Assembly (NCBI GenBank): GCA_977017575.1
Contig: CDRNVI010000047.1
Span: 124,001 to 188,000 of the forward strand
DNA length: 64,000 bases
Reading direction: 5' to 3'
Source of the DNA: Paramoeba atlantica
Lineage: Eukaryota; Protista; Discosea
The translations under genes were made by a program, and so were the position numbers. Shown here piece by piece: positions 46,984-57,887 of this stretch. The notes beneath the pieces were generated by a model that saw only the letters and a program-made list of their open reading frames with translations, did not search any database and was not told the origin of the DNA. Position 1 is the stretch's first letter. Every line of letters starts with the position of its first letter.

Positions 46984-48963
46984 AATGATAAATCAATTTT
47001 TTTCCCTCGTTGAAACATATTTCGTTCTCTAGAACAGCGAAGTCACAAATTTTACAATTCGAACACCGAAAATGACCCAAATCTGGGGGAAAAAGTTACC
47101 TTTTTCGCCTATAAATCGGACGCCTAAAAGCTGTTTTTGGTTCTTAGTGTCCCCCCTCCCCTTAAGCGCACCCAGTCAGACTCCCCGTTTAAGCGCACAT
47201 AGAGTCCAGGTGCAGATTCCGGCGTCGCAAAGCGGCGCCAAATTTTTTATCATGTAGTGAATCAGACGCCTCTTTTAAGCGCACATCGTTTAAAATAAAT
47301 TGCGGTGGTTGTATAACTACCGCTCTACACTCGATTATTGAAAAAAAAGTGAACAAAAACAGTGAAAATATAAAGAGGAACACAGTAAAATAATAGAAGA
47401 AAAAAATATAAAAGGGGGCTCCGGTGGTCCAAAATTGAAAAAATTGAAAAAATGGGGGGTCTAGGGGGGGGGCATACCGCACGAATTTTTTTTTTGAAAA
47501 AATTATTTTTCGAAAAAAACCCGCAGACGGGGTAGCCGGGGTCTTGGCGCGTATTTTCCACCCCCCTACCCGGGGGGTGTAGCCGGAGGGAGCCGGGGGG
47601 TGTAGCCGGGGGGGTAGCCGAGGCTCCCGACATCCGGACACCCACCCCCTACGCCCTATACGCCTCCCGAGAAAAATCTCTCTTGCTGGGGGTCAGCCGA
47701 AAAAGGACCAAATCTCTCTTACTGGGGGGTATACGGTAAGTCGATTTGATTTATCATCATCTTTTATCATTATCAAAGTTAATCGGATGGGGAGTAGAAG
47801 AGAATGACCTTTTTTAAGTATCACCGCCGAATGGTTTTGCAAGCCCATCGCTCTTGCACTTATACATTAAAAGAATTTTGATGCGACATTTGTTTTCACC
47901 AACAATACACGTACAGTGTTACATTGTATATTTAAGTACGGTATTATTTAAGTACGCTTTTAAGGTTATTTTTGGGCTAAAATTAATCTTAATTAAATCA
48001 ACCGTAATATAATCCACTCGTAAATTAATAAGTTTTGAACACACTTTTTGAGTACCTTTTAAGCGCCCAAGCCACTGGTTTCGTCTGTGATCATTTTATA
48101 AAGGTTTATGTTTCGTATGAAAGTGAGGTCGATGGTGATAGACGTGAAAAAAGGTATTTTTTTTCGTGGATAAAAATAATCTTAATTAAAAATAACCGTA
48201 ATTAAAAATAACCGTAATATAATCCACTCGTATTTGAATACTTCACTGTAAACTAAAAGATAACCTAGATTTTTTTACTGACGGAGACGAGCAACTACTT
48301 AGAGTGGGGGCAACGCGTCTGTGGTGATTGGCAGAATTCGAAAGTGAACCGCAAACAAATTTCGGAGCCGCTTCACGGGGCCTATGTTTTTCCCCCTTAT
48401 GTGTTGTATTCGTAACGTGTGGCGTATGGACAGGATTGGTGGTGGTGCTAAAGCTGCAAGATGACTCATTTGGTAAATTTTTTACGTAAAAAATTCACTA
48501 TCATTAATTGTTTTCTTCTAATACTTACAAAAATCGTTTTTTGTAGAATTTTAAATCCGTTTGTTTCGCCTTACAAACGTGTAGCATTGACAGAATATTA
48601 CGTACTTGAAATCAAAAACCTTTTGATAATAACAACTTTGAATACATGCAGTGTATCTACAATCTTACACAAGGGCAAACTTTTCTTCGAGACTTTCTTA
48701 TCTTACTTTCGATACATACACTTTCCGGCATTGTACTCAACTCAAACTCAGATTTCGTTCAAATCTGTTGTTTGAACCGTACGTGGGGGAGCCTGTGAGC
48801 CGGCTGGACGTCCACTTTTCTTCGTACGTGGAGAAGGAGCATTGCTTGCAGTGTGGAGGACTATTGGGGACTGCACGGGCACTTTGACACTCACTGGCAT
48901 GGGAGGGCGGGTTAAATGAAGAGGATCGGAGGGCGAAACTGTGGCCTCTATTGGGTTTACAAT

Positions 48964-49157
48964 TGAGGGGCTGCGGGTGAGGCCCAATATGAGATCACGC
49001 GAGATCACGTGAGATCATGCGGGATCACACGAGATCACGTGAGATCACGCGAGATCTCTCTAGAGTGGATTTGGCTCGGGACGGTGGTCGGACGACCTCA
49101 AAGCGAGATTACACGAGACCATGCGAGATCACGCGAGATCATACTCGCAGCCCCTCA
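48964..49157. mobile_element. Mini-element family D, copy 2
   Basis: tgaggggctgcgggt ... actcgcagcccctca, with internal GAGATCACG(C/T) repeats. A solo end lies at ~21240-21271. Confidence 0.75.
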
Positions 49158-50150
49158 GTTATGCTTCCTCGGTTGCTTTCTTCCGATTTGATATTCTGTA
49201 TAGGGATACGCCGATTAACTCGGACGCTATGCCCAGCAAGTTATGCCCAAACACGGCCGGCGAAGGACTTACATCTCCATCGGGATCAGTAGAATTGAAT
49301 CCGTGTTGGGCCCCAACAATGGCACGAAGTTTCGTCCCCGTTTCGCTAATGAATCCATCCCGCACGTGCTCGGCACCAAGCCACCCACCACGAAAGGCGA
49401 TGAGGTCGAGTATCAACTTGGCGACACCCGCTTCGCGCAACACAAGCATGAACAAACATATTTGCTCATCAGTGAAATTCATATGGACTGCAATGAATGC
49501 TGCAATGACACCATAAGCATCTGGAACATATAATCTGGAACATAAACTATGCTACCAGAGAGCATGTAAAACCCGTAAATGCGAGGCACTCCGCATCACT
49601 CGTAATGGGAAAAATGGACATTGGTGAAAAAACTATTTATGAGGATGCAAGAACGTAAATCCAAGAGTGGAAGGTGAAGGCAACAATACAAAAGCAATAA
49701 AAAACAGGAGAAGGAGAAAGATTTTTATGCAAAACAATATGCCCACCGAAAGAAATTTCGCCGCTTCGCGGCGGAAAGGCCGAATAAGACCAGCGATCGG
49801 CAGAATATGGCAGAATAGCCAGTTGCCTCCCCTCTTATTTAAGGAATAAAACGGCTCTGAATTCGGCTTGCTCAATATTAACTGCTGCTTCAACATTGCT
49901 GGGCATTCAGATTTACGGTGACCTTCGACACAACTGTAGCACCTTAGTCGAAATGAATTCACCCCCGCACGGAATCCGTGACGACCTAAATGCTGTGCGG
50001 TCGGTCCCGAGAGTGAAGGACGCTGAGGACGTTTGATCGGGCTATGTCTCTACTTCGTTGACGGGTCAACCAATTGGCTGCCACTTCGTTGACAGTAAAT
50101 CCGACTGTCAACGAAGTGGCTGCCAATTCGTTGACCCGTCAACGAGTGTA

Positions 50151-51862
50151 CTCCCCCTCTCATTAATAATTATAAACCTCCAAAAATCATTAAAGGGATC
50201 GTTTATAGAAATTTAATGCGATTATAATTATGAGTCTCACTTTTATAATTACAAGCCTCAAATTCTTCATTTTTTATCTACAAAGACACCTGTACCACAT
50301 ACTTTGCACTAAAAATTGCTTCCAAGTTGAACGAAGTGTCTCGAAAATCAAGAATTTGAAGTCCACAATAAGAAAAAATCACTTATCGAATCTCATTAAT
50401 AATTATAAACTATAATTACAATTATTAACTAAAAAGGTTTATAGACTATAATTATTACGGTTGTTGTAAAACTACCGCCCTACCCTCGATTATTGAAAAA
50501 AAAGTGAACAAAAACAGTGAAAATATAAAGAGGAACACAGTAATATAATAGAAAAAAAAATATAAAAGGGGTCTCCGGTGGTCCAAAATTGAAAAAATTG
50601 AAAAAAATGGTGGGTCCAGTGGGGGGGTCATGGTCGAGCAAATTTTCAGAGGTCCCTAAAACTATTTATAGATAGTTTATAGTGTTTCAAGAAAATTTAT
50701 AGTACTATAAACCTCGTTTATAGTACTATAAACACTATATAGTACTATAAAAACTATATGGTGTTTATCAGTGTTTCATGTCCAGAAAGGCGCGCGGTAG
50801 ACAGATCGGTCGATGGGCCTGGAGGAATTTCGCGGGGCAGGACAGAACCGATGGAGGTGTAGAGGCTTAGAGGGGTCACGTGATGTTAGGTGGAGCAAGT
50901 GGTATGGATACGCTGACGCGTAAAAAAAAGTGAAAAGAGTAGTAGTTTTTGTCAGAAATGGAAAAAAAGATGGTCGAGCAAATTTTTTAGAAAAAAATAT
51001 TTTTCGAAAAAAAACCGCAGAAGGGGTAGCCGGGGTCTTGGCGCGCATTTTCCACCCCCCTACCTGGGGGTGACCCCCCCGCGTATCCGCAGGACGGGTC
51101 CGCCAAGTTCGGATATTTTCGGGAAAAAAAAATTGAAAAAAAATTCAACTTGGCGGAAAAAATGGTTAAAAAATTATTTTTTTCGCTATTGTATTTTGAG
51201 AGTTTGGGACCTATACTAGCCATCTACACCGTTGTTTTCGCCAGATACCCCATCTTCTAGCCGTGGCACGCCTCCCAAAATGGCCCATTTTTGACCAAAA
51301 AGTGCGGAAAAGTAATTTTCGGACCTAAAGAGGTCTTTTTATGTCAAGAATGGTGTGGTTGGAGTCGCATTCTATACCCAATACGTTCAGTAGGCTTTCA
51401 TTCACGCCTACGAGTGATTTCTCACGCGCAAATATCAGATTTAGCGCTCTGAGAGCAAAAATACCCAAAAAATACCCCATTTTTACCATAAAATCGGGTA
51501 TTTTTGGCTATAATCTTTGTCTTACTTTAGCTGTCCAGGCTGAATTTTCTTTTTTAGGCTCTTCGTTAAACGCGGTGCTAGTTTTGAACGCGAAGCGCGC
51601 AGCATGAGTGACCTCTAAGATCCTCTAAAAAATGATCCTCTAAAATGAGATGAAAATCGCATGTTCTTATTTTTGTGATTCGAATTTTTTTGTTCATACA
51701 TTTTTTTCACTATTTAGCGCTTTTTTAAATTTTCTTTTTTAAGCTCTTCATTGAGCGCGGAGGTAGTTTTCAACGCGAAGCGCGCAGCATGAGTGACTTC
51801 TAAGTTGAAAACAACCACCGCGTTTAACGAAGAGCCTAGAAATTTATTAATGAGAGGGGGAG
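50151..51862. mobile_element. TA-flanked element with CTCCCCCTCTCATTAATAA TIRs (Stowaway-like ends)
   Basis: ta|ctccccctctcattaataa ... ttattaatgagagggggag|ta, a 19-bp perfect TIR. Confidence 0.85.
50647..50969. mobile_element. 323-bp insert inside element B, flanked by a 17-bp direct duplication
   Basis: atggtcgagcaaatttt at 50630-50646 and 50970-50986. The motif occurs once in uninterrupted B copies (e.g. ~38700). Confidence 0.75.
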
Positions 51863-52357
51863 TAATCAACGCTAAGACCTGTTACATTTGTAATCTGAAA
51901 AACTGTAGAGGAAGGAGGAGGGGCAAGTCAAAAAGCAGAAGGCGTAGTCTTCTGCCTTTTTGCCGTAGCGACGACGACTTCCTCGCATGGGAATCAGTAA
52001 AGAGCCCTAGGATATGCCGGGAATCTACGGAGTGGGGGGAGGAAAGGATAAGGACAGAACGGCGAGGGCACGCGTGAGCGGGCCTGAGCCGTACCCTGCA
52101 TGACATTCGTGGGAAGCAATTTGCGAGGCCCGATTTAGGACTCGCGACTTTGGAGGACCTTAGATAGAATTCCTGAAAATCCTTCATCGACACAGAGACA
52201 TTTTTTTTCATAGTTGCGTTTCGTGAGCAGAAAATTCACACTCGTTGACGGGTCAACCAAATGGCAGCCACTTCGTTGGCAGTCGGATTTACTGTCAACG
52301 AAGTGGCAGCCAATTGGTTGACCCGTCAACGAAGTAGAGACGTACCCTTTGATCGTG

Positions 52358-52882
52358 ACCAGCTAAATCCGGGGGAGTCTTAAATTTGCAAAAAAATGGC
52401 CAATTTTGGAAAGTCATATCGCATTCGAGAGCTCTCGTATAGCCCTCTTGTGGAATATACGCCGTTTCCCGTGCTTTTACGGACATCGCATTTTAGAGAA
52501 ATTTTACGTTTTTTCGGGGCGCAAAATTTGTATTCTTTCTCATTTTCTTGCTTTTTTTCCTGTTTTTTTCATGCCACAAAGACGGGTGCACTCACATTCT
52601 TCTCGAAGGAAATTCTCCGAGAGCCGTTTCTCACCCTCAGATTAAACAAAACTAACGCACAGAATGTTGCTGGTCCAAGATTCGTCATTTCGCCTTTTTG
52701 CAATTTTCTAGAAAAATTTGCAATTGACATTTTTGAGCCACCTGTCGTTTTACAAAAATCTTATTTATGCGGGAAACGACATAGATTCCACAAGAGGGCT
52801 ATTCGAGAGCTCTCGAATGCGCTATTATTTTCCAAAATTGACCACTTTTTACAATTTTTAGACCCCCCCAGATTTAGCTGAT
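52358..52882. mobile_element. Foldback element G with ~120-bp imperfect TIRs
   Basis: cagctaaatc...gcattcgagagctctcgtatagccctcttgtggaat is inverted at attccacaagagggctattcgagagctctcgaatgc...gatttagctg. Confidence 0.8.
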
Positions 52883-53448
52883 CCCCCCTGTATATCAGCT
52901 GGTGCTTCCTGTCCTCGTAAGGAAAAGGATGAAGCACCCCAACCATGGACCGCCTGTACAAAGAGCTCTCGATCTCCACATTCCATCAGGGAGCGATGAG
53001 CCATATATTTTCGAAAGTTTTGCTTTTCAAAATCGAGCGCAGGGAAGTGGTAGAGTATGCCGCGGCGATGATTTTCCACCCCCCCTGGTATGCGCAGGAG
53101 GGGTCCGTCAAGTTCGAAATTTCCGAAATTTCTGAGATGCCCGAAAACAAAATATTTTTGGCCAAAAAAACTTTTTCTAAAAAAGAAAAGACAATATCTT
53201 TTCCAAAATATCGACTCCTAAAACGCATTTTAAGAGATTCGGATCTCAACTATCATTCTACGACGTTTTTTTCCTCTAAAAAAATAACCAACAGATAAAA
53301 ATAATTATCTGTCACCTTTTCTCAAAAAGTAGCGGCAGATAACTAGGGGGGGTACAGTAATTAAATTCACACGTTTTTTTTACTTTTTTACTACTTTACA
53401 CGTTTAGTTTTTGTTACTGGTCAATTAAAAGCGTTTAATTTTGGCAGA

Positions 53449-54276
53449 ATGGGGTGCATTATACTAGCTAACAACAGTGATCTGACTGCTAGCTCTCGTC
53501 TGGGGAAAGTTAGAGGGGCCATGCTTTCTCCCGAGATGCAAATGGATAATTTTATCTCACATGTTTGCTCCACCGAGCAGTCTGCTGTCTTCAAACAAGC
53601 TTCCGTGTGCTCGTGGTTGGGCGTTACTTGCGACTACCAGTCCCAAGTTAAGTCGATCAAATGGGGTAGTCTGAATTTGATCGGAAATCTTACATGGGAG
53701 TTTTTACCTTCTACAGTCACATGGCTTAACGTAGGTCACAATAGTCTCACAGGTGTTGTTCCAACGGCACTCCTGCCTGCAGAAATGTCCTACTTAAGCC
53801 TTGAGTATAATGCTTTTCATGGAGATTTCGATGCTACATGTCTACCCGTAGCGCTAGAAATGCTCTGGTCGGCAAGTAATCTTTTTTCCGGGTTACTTGA
53901 CCTTACAGCACTGCCGCCCATAGTGCATACGATCTCTTTAATGGAAAATAAGCTTGAAGGCAAACTCGATTTAACCAGTCTTCCCTCATCTTTGGTAGAA
54001 CTCTTTTTGTATCGTAATCGATTTTCGGGCGAGGTGGATCTGACGCACCTTCCGGCTCGGTTAAAAACATTATATCTGTCGCAGAATTCTTTGAGTGGAG
54101 CACTAATTCTACAGAATCTTCCGAAATGTCTTCAGAAAATTTATATTGGTTCAAATAGTTTCGTTGAAGTACACCTCAAGGATTTGCCTCCTTCTCTCAC
54201 GACGTTGAATATTTCGAACAACAGCGAACCTTTGAAAATTAAAGATACACCTGTTTCCGTCCGCGTCGTACTTTGA
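53449..54276 (+). CDS. Leucine-rich repeat protein (paralogue 4)
   Basis: VCSWLGVTC cap, LIGNLTWEFLPS, then LRRs. Confidence 0.92.
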   Translation: MGCIILANNSDLTASSRLGKVRGAMLSPEMQMDNFISHVCSTEQSAVFKQASVCSWLGVTCDYQSQVKSIKWGSLNLIGNLTWEFLPSTVTWLNVGHNSLTGVVPTALLPAEMSYLSLEYNAFHGDFDATCLPVALEMLWSASNLFSGLLDLTALPPIVHTISLMENKLEGKLDLTSLPSSLVELFLYRNRFSGEVDLTHLPARLKTLYLSQNSLSGALILQNLPKCLQKIYIGSNSFVEVHLKDLPPSLTTLNISNNSEPLKIKDTPVSVRVVL

Positions 54277-54589
54277 AAGGCCTAACCTTAAAATGTCTAG
54301 AAAATAAAAATGCTCTTGATTCATCAAGATTCATGAGTAAAATGATCTACTCTTTATTATTGTGCAAATTTTGAAAAGTTATTTTTATAAAGTTTTGCAG
54401 CACTCTTTTCGTAAAACAATAGATCTTGCGTAAAATATCGAAACGCTTATTTTTTGACAATTTTTAATAAAGTTCCAGATCAGATTCTTTATTGTCACAT
54501 TATATCATTGCGAAATGGTGTAAAATACGAAGAGCTTTGCGCTGTAGCAACCTTTTGTACCTCTATACAGAGGTGCAACTAATGAATTA

Positions 54590-55912
54590 ATGGATCCTGC
54601 CTTACAAACCCTGCGTACGCTTTGCAGTCTACGGAACTTGAAGTCTTCATTTACACTAAATTCGGTCTTGTTCCTCTATCAGACCTTGGATACCTACTCT
54701 GCAATACAGAACACAATCAACGTTCTTCCGGAGTTTGTCTCCGTAAAAATATTTAACAACTTGTCCGAACTTCTTCAACACATGTCTCTGTCCACTTCTC
54801 TTGATAATTCAATATTGCAAGAATGCAGTACTGAGGGGCCAACACAAGAGATTCTTATCTTGCAAGATGCGGAATTTTGGTTACCATTTCATCCTTACGA
54901 TACAGCACAAGCGGAACGTATTCATGACACAGTGAAGATGCTTGACAAATCTTGTTGCACACATAAAGAGTTTACTCAACTCATACTTTTGCTCACCAAA
55001 TTCCCGGAAAAACTTAGCTTACACATACGAAATCGCATTTTTTTAGATGTCACGGACAGTGATACACAAGACCAGCGTGTCTCATCGCCTACCCGAACTG
55101 CTGATTTCTGGGATCAGGTAGTTGGACTTTCCCGAGCGAAGGTCGCGCTCGAGCAAGCAGTGTTGTGGCCTCTGTTACACCGAGAGGCGCTTACTCGTTT
55201 TCGTCTTAACTACGCCGGAGGGGTTTTACTCTACGGCCCCCCTGGCTGCGGAAAGACTTCTCTGGTTCGTGCTTTGGTGCGGCACGCTGGGGTTTCCTTT
55301 CAGCATGTGGATAGCGCAAGCATTTTCTCCAAGTACGTCGGTTCCTCTGAGGAGTATCTCCGGAGAGTGTTTAGTGACGCCCGGCGACGTACCCCATGTG
55401 TGGTTTTTTTTGATGAGGTCGATGCGATTGCGAGCGCACGTACCTCACGAACATCATCGGAACATCGAAGTCACGATGTGGTTGCCTCCATACTTTCTAC
55501 TTTATTGACTGAAATGGACGGCATTGAACAAAATAACTCGGGTGTGATTTTTATAGGAGCCACCAATAAGGCGCTGGATGAACTAGATCCCGCGATTACG
55601 CGCCCCGGCCGTTTCGATAAGAAAATTTTTATTCCTCTTCCCGACGTAAAAGACCGAAAGGAAATTATTTCTCGATACATGAAAAGAATTTCGCTAGGGT
55701 TGTCGTCACAAAACAACGGCATGTCGAAAGATGATATTTACTACAGTTTGATATCTTCTCTGGTGGAGAATACGAACGCAAAGTCTGCGGCAGAGGTGGA
55801 AGGAATCATGCTGAAAGGATACTGGGCTGGATTAAAACGACTCACAAACGAATCCGGCCTGATATCTGAAAATGAGGAGCTTCTTCTTTATGCAGATGAC
55901 TTTGGATTGTGA
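54590..55912 (+). CDS. AFG2/SPATA5(L1)-like AAA+ ATPase with one intact module
   Basis: WDQVVGL..AK..LEQAVLWPL, GVLLYGPPGCGKT, VVFFDEVDA, LLTEMDG and LDPAITRPGRFDKKIFI. Confidence 0.88.
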   Translation: MDPALQTLRTLCSLRNLKSSFTLNSVLFLYQTLDTYSAIQNTINVLPEFVSVKIFNNLSELLQHMSLSTSLDNSILQECSTEGPTQEILILQDAEFWLPFHPYDTAQAERIHDTVKMLDKSCCTHKEFTQLILLLTKFPEKLSLHIRNRIFLDVTDSDTQDQRVSSPTRTADFWDQVVGLSRAKVALEQAVLWPLLHREALTRFRLNYAGGVLLYGPPGCGKTSLVRALVRHAGVSFQHVDSASIFSKYVGSSEEYLRRVFSDARRRTPCVVFFDEVDAIASARTSRTSSEHRSHDVVASILSTLLTEMDGIEQNNSGVIFIGATNKALDELDPAITRPGRFDKKIFIPLPDVKDRKEIISRYMKRISLGLSSQNNGMSKDDIYYSLISSLVENTNAKSAAEVEGIMLKGYWAGLKRLTNESGLISENEELLLYADDFGL

Positions 55913-56069
55913 AGGCAATGTATCTTCGTATCATCTTTTATAGGTTTAAATCTTCACTACACTTTCTCACTATACCAGACTCGGTGTGAGCCCCCGAGAA
56001 CGGCAAAGAAAAGCTTGTAAAAATCTATTCAACGAATGTTGATCTTTATCCATTACTGGACCAAACCAC

Positions 56070-56095
56070 TACACCTTTTATTTACTGATTTTTAG
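56070..56095 (+). promoter_or_regulatory. Putative trans-splice acceptor (pyrimidine tract plus AG immediately before ATG)
   Basis: accttttatttactgatttttAG|ATG. Similar sites at 41845-41864 (ttattttctgtAG|ATG) and 30130-30151. Confidence 0.5.
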
Positions 56096-57019
56096 ATGGC
56101 CGATCACGCTCTCCTCGAGCATCATCTGCAAACGCTTTTTCAGTGCCGTACCATAAAAGAGCGAGAAGTGAAGCAATTATGTGAGTGGGCAAAGGATTTG
56201 TTAAGCTCCGAATCAAACGTACACTGCATGCCGGCGCCATGTACTCTTGTCGGTGATATTCACGGACAGTTTTATGATCTTGTGGAACTCTTCCGTATTG
56301 GAGGCGATGTGCCGGACACGAACTATATCTTTATGGGTGACTTTGTCGATCGTGGCTATCACAGCGTTGAGTCTTTTTTGCTTCTCCTAACACTGAAAGT
56401 GCGCTTTCCGCAACGTGTATGTTTGGTTCGGGGAAACCATGAGAGCCGTCAAATCACTCAAGTCTATGGATTCTACGACGAATGTTTGAGAAAATATGGT
56501 AACGTCAATGTTTGGCGGTACTGCACCGAGGTATTTGACCATTTGCCGTTGGCAGCACTGGTTGCGGAACGTATTCTCTGTGTCCATGCAGGGTTGTCTC
56601 CTTCTATAAATACTCTAGAAGATTTACGCAAGTTAGACCGCAAAATGGAGATCCCGCATGAGGGCCCTATGTGTGATCTAATGTGGAGTGATCCGGAAGA
56701 TATTGAAGGATGGGGGCTGAGCCCTCGAGGTGCAGGATATCTCTTTGGGGCGGACGTTGTTCAGCAGTTTAACGCTACTAATGGACTGGAACTAATTGCT
56801 CGCTCCCACCAGCTCGTAATGGAAGGATACAAGGCCATGTTTGATGATACTTTGGTCACGGTATGGAGTGCGCCGAATTATTGTTATCGGTGCGGCAATG
56901 TTGCTTCCATTTTGGAGTTGGACGAACACGCAAATAAAAATTTTAAGATATTCGAAGCTGCTCCTGACGAAACGAGAGAGCATCATACAAAAAGCATAGT
57001 CACAGACTACTTCATATAA
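56096..57019 (+). CDS. PPP4C: Ser/Thr protein phosphatase 4 catalytic subunit
   Basis: GDIHG, GDFVDRG, RGNHE and [24 protein letters not shown] and ILELDEH are PP4-type rather than PP2A. Confidence 0.9.
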   Translation: MADHALLEHHLQTLFQCRTIKEREVKQLCEWAKDLLSSESNVHCMPAPCTLVGDIHGQFYDLVELFRIGGDVPDTNYIFMGDFVDRGYHSVESFLLLLTLKVRFPQRVCLVRGNHESRQITQVYGFYDECLRKYGNVNVWRYCTEVFDHLPLAALVAERILCVHAGLSPSINTLEDLRKLDRKMEIPHEGPMCDLMWSDPEDIEGWGLSPRGAGYLFGADVVQQFNATNGLELIARSHQLVMEGYKAMFDDTLVTVWSAPNYCYRCGNVASILELDEHANKNFKIFEAAPDETREHHTKSIVTDYFI

Positions 57020-57414
57020 ATCCAATGATTTTGCTCTCCAAACATGTATCAACGGGATATACTGTATCAGGGATGAATGCTACTGACCTGTTCTATAATA
57101 CACCAGTACTGCAATTTCAGTGAAAAATATTTTTTTCGAATATTGCTGCTAAAAATTCTATCATTCTCGTGCAGAATGTAAATATTAGAATGTAAATATC
57201 TACAACACGTTTTTATAGGTATGCTCTAGCTTCCTGTGCCATTCTTGCGGTTTTCCTTGCGGGTATACAGTACACACAGTACCCCATGTTATACAGTAAT
57301 GGCTAAAAACAGAAAATTACATCTCACAAAAAGGTGACCCACAATCTCCTCCTTGGAGACTTGAACATTACTCCCTCCAAATCATGGCTTCCGGTATCTG
57401 ATCACTGACAACCC

Positions 57415-57690
57415 TTGGAATCTCTTCTCGAGGACACCCTTCGTACCAACGGGGTTTCCACTATGGCACAGGTCGCCAAAACACGTGCGAACGCCGGAGA
57501 CCCCTTCGCTGAGTTCGTTGTGGGCGCTCTGCACTCCACCGGATGGGGAGTTTTTTCAACCCCCAGAACTGTATCTTTCTCTCACCAAAGAGCCTCCTCC
57601 TTACCATTGTTTTTCATACAGGCAAAGGCCTGCAGAGAGAGATACCTGCCGTGTGACGACCGTTATCAACGGCCATTAGCGCTTTGATTT
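57415..57690 (+). pseudogene. Sel1-like repeat gene fragment (frameshifted)
   Basis: ANAGDPFAEFVVGALHSTGWG and, in another frame, FHTGKGLQRD. Confidence 0.5.
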
Positions 57691-57887
57691 TCAACGATAC
57701 AAATCGTGCGGTAAGCAAAAAAAACGCGACCCTTTGGATAGTTTTTTCATGTTCGACAACCCCAGTGATCTGGGGTTTATAACATTTTTTAAAGTTATAA
57801 CTGGTAATTTGAATATAATCTCGATTGCAAGATTATATGCAAATCGTTTTTTGTTGCGACATTATATTCAAATCATATTTGAATATA

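Larger units (their letters stand above)
50045..52342. mobile_element. TA-flanked element C with ~105-bp self-palindromic TIRs and nested insertions
   Basis: 50045-50148 is the reverse complement of 52239-52342. Each contains the hairpin cgttgacgggtcaac...gttgacccgtcaacg. Confidence 0.85.

Noticed and set aside
21715-57019. Non-standard genetic code
   Set aside because: Conserved genes translate fully with the standard code and end at TAA, TAG or TGA.
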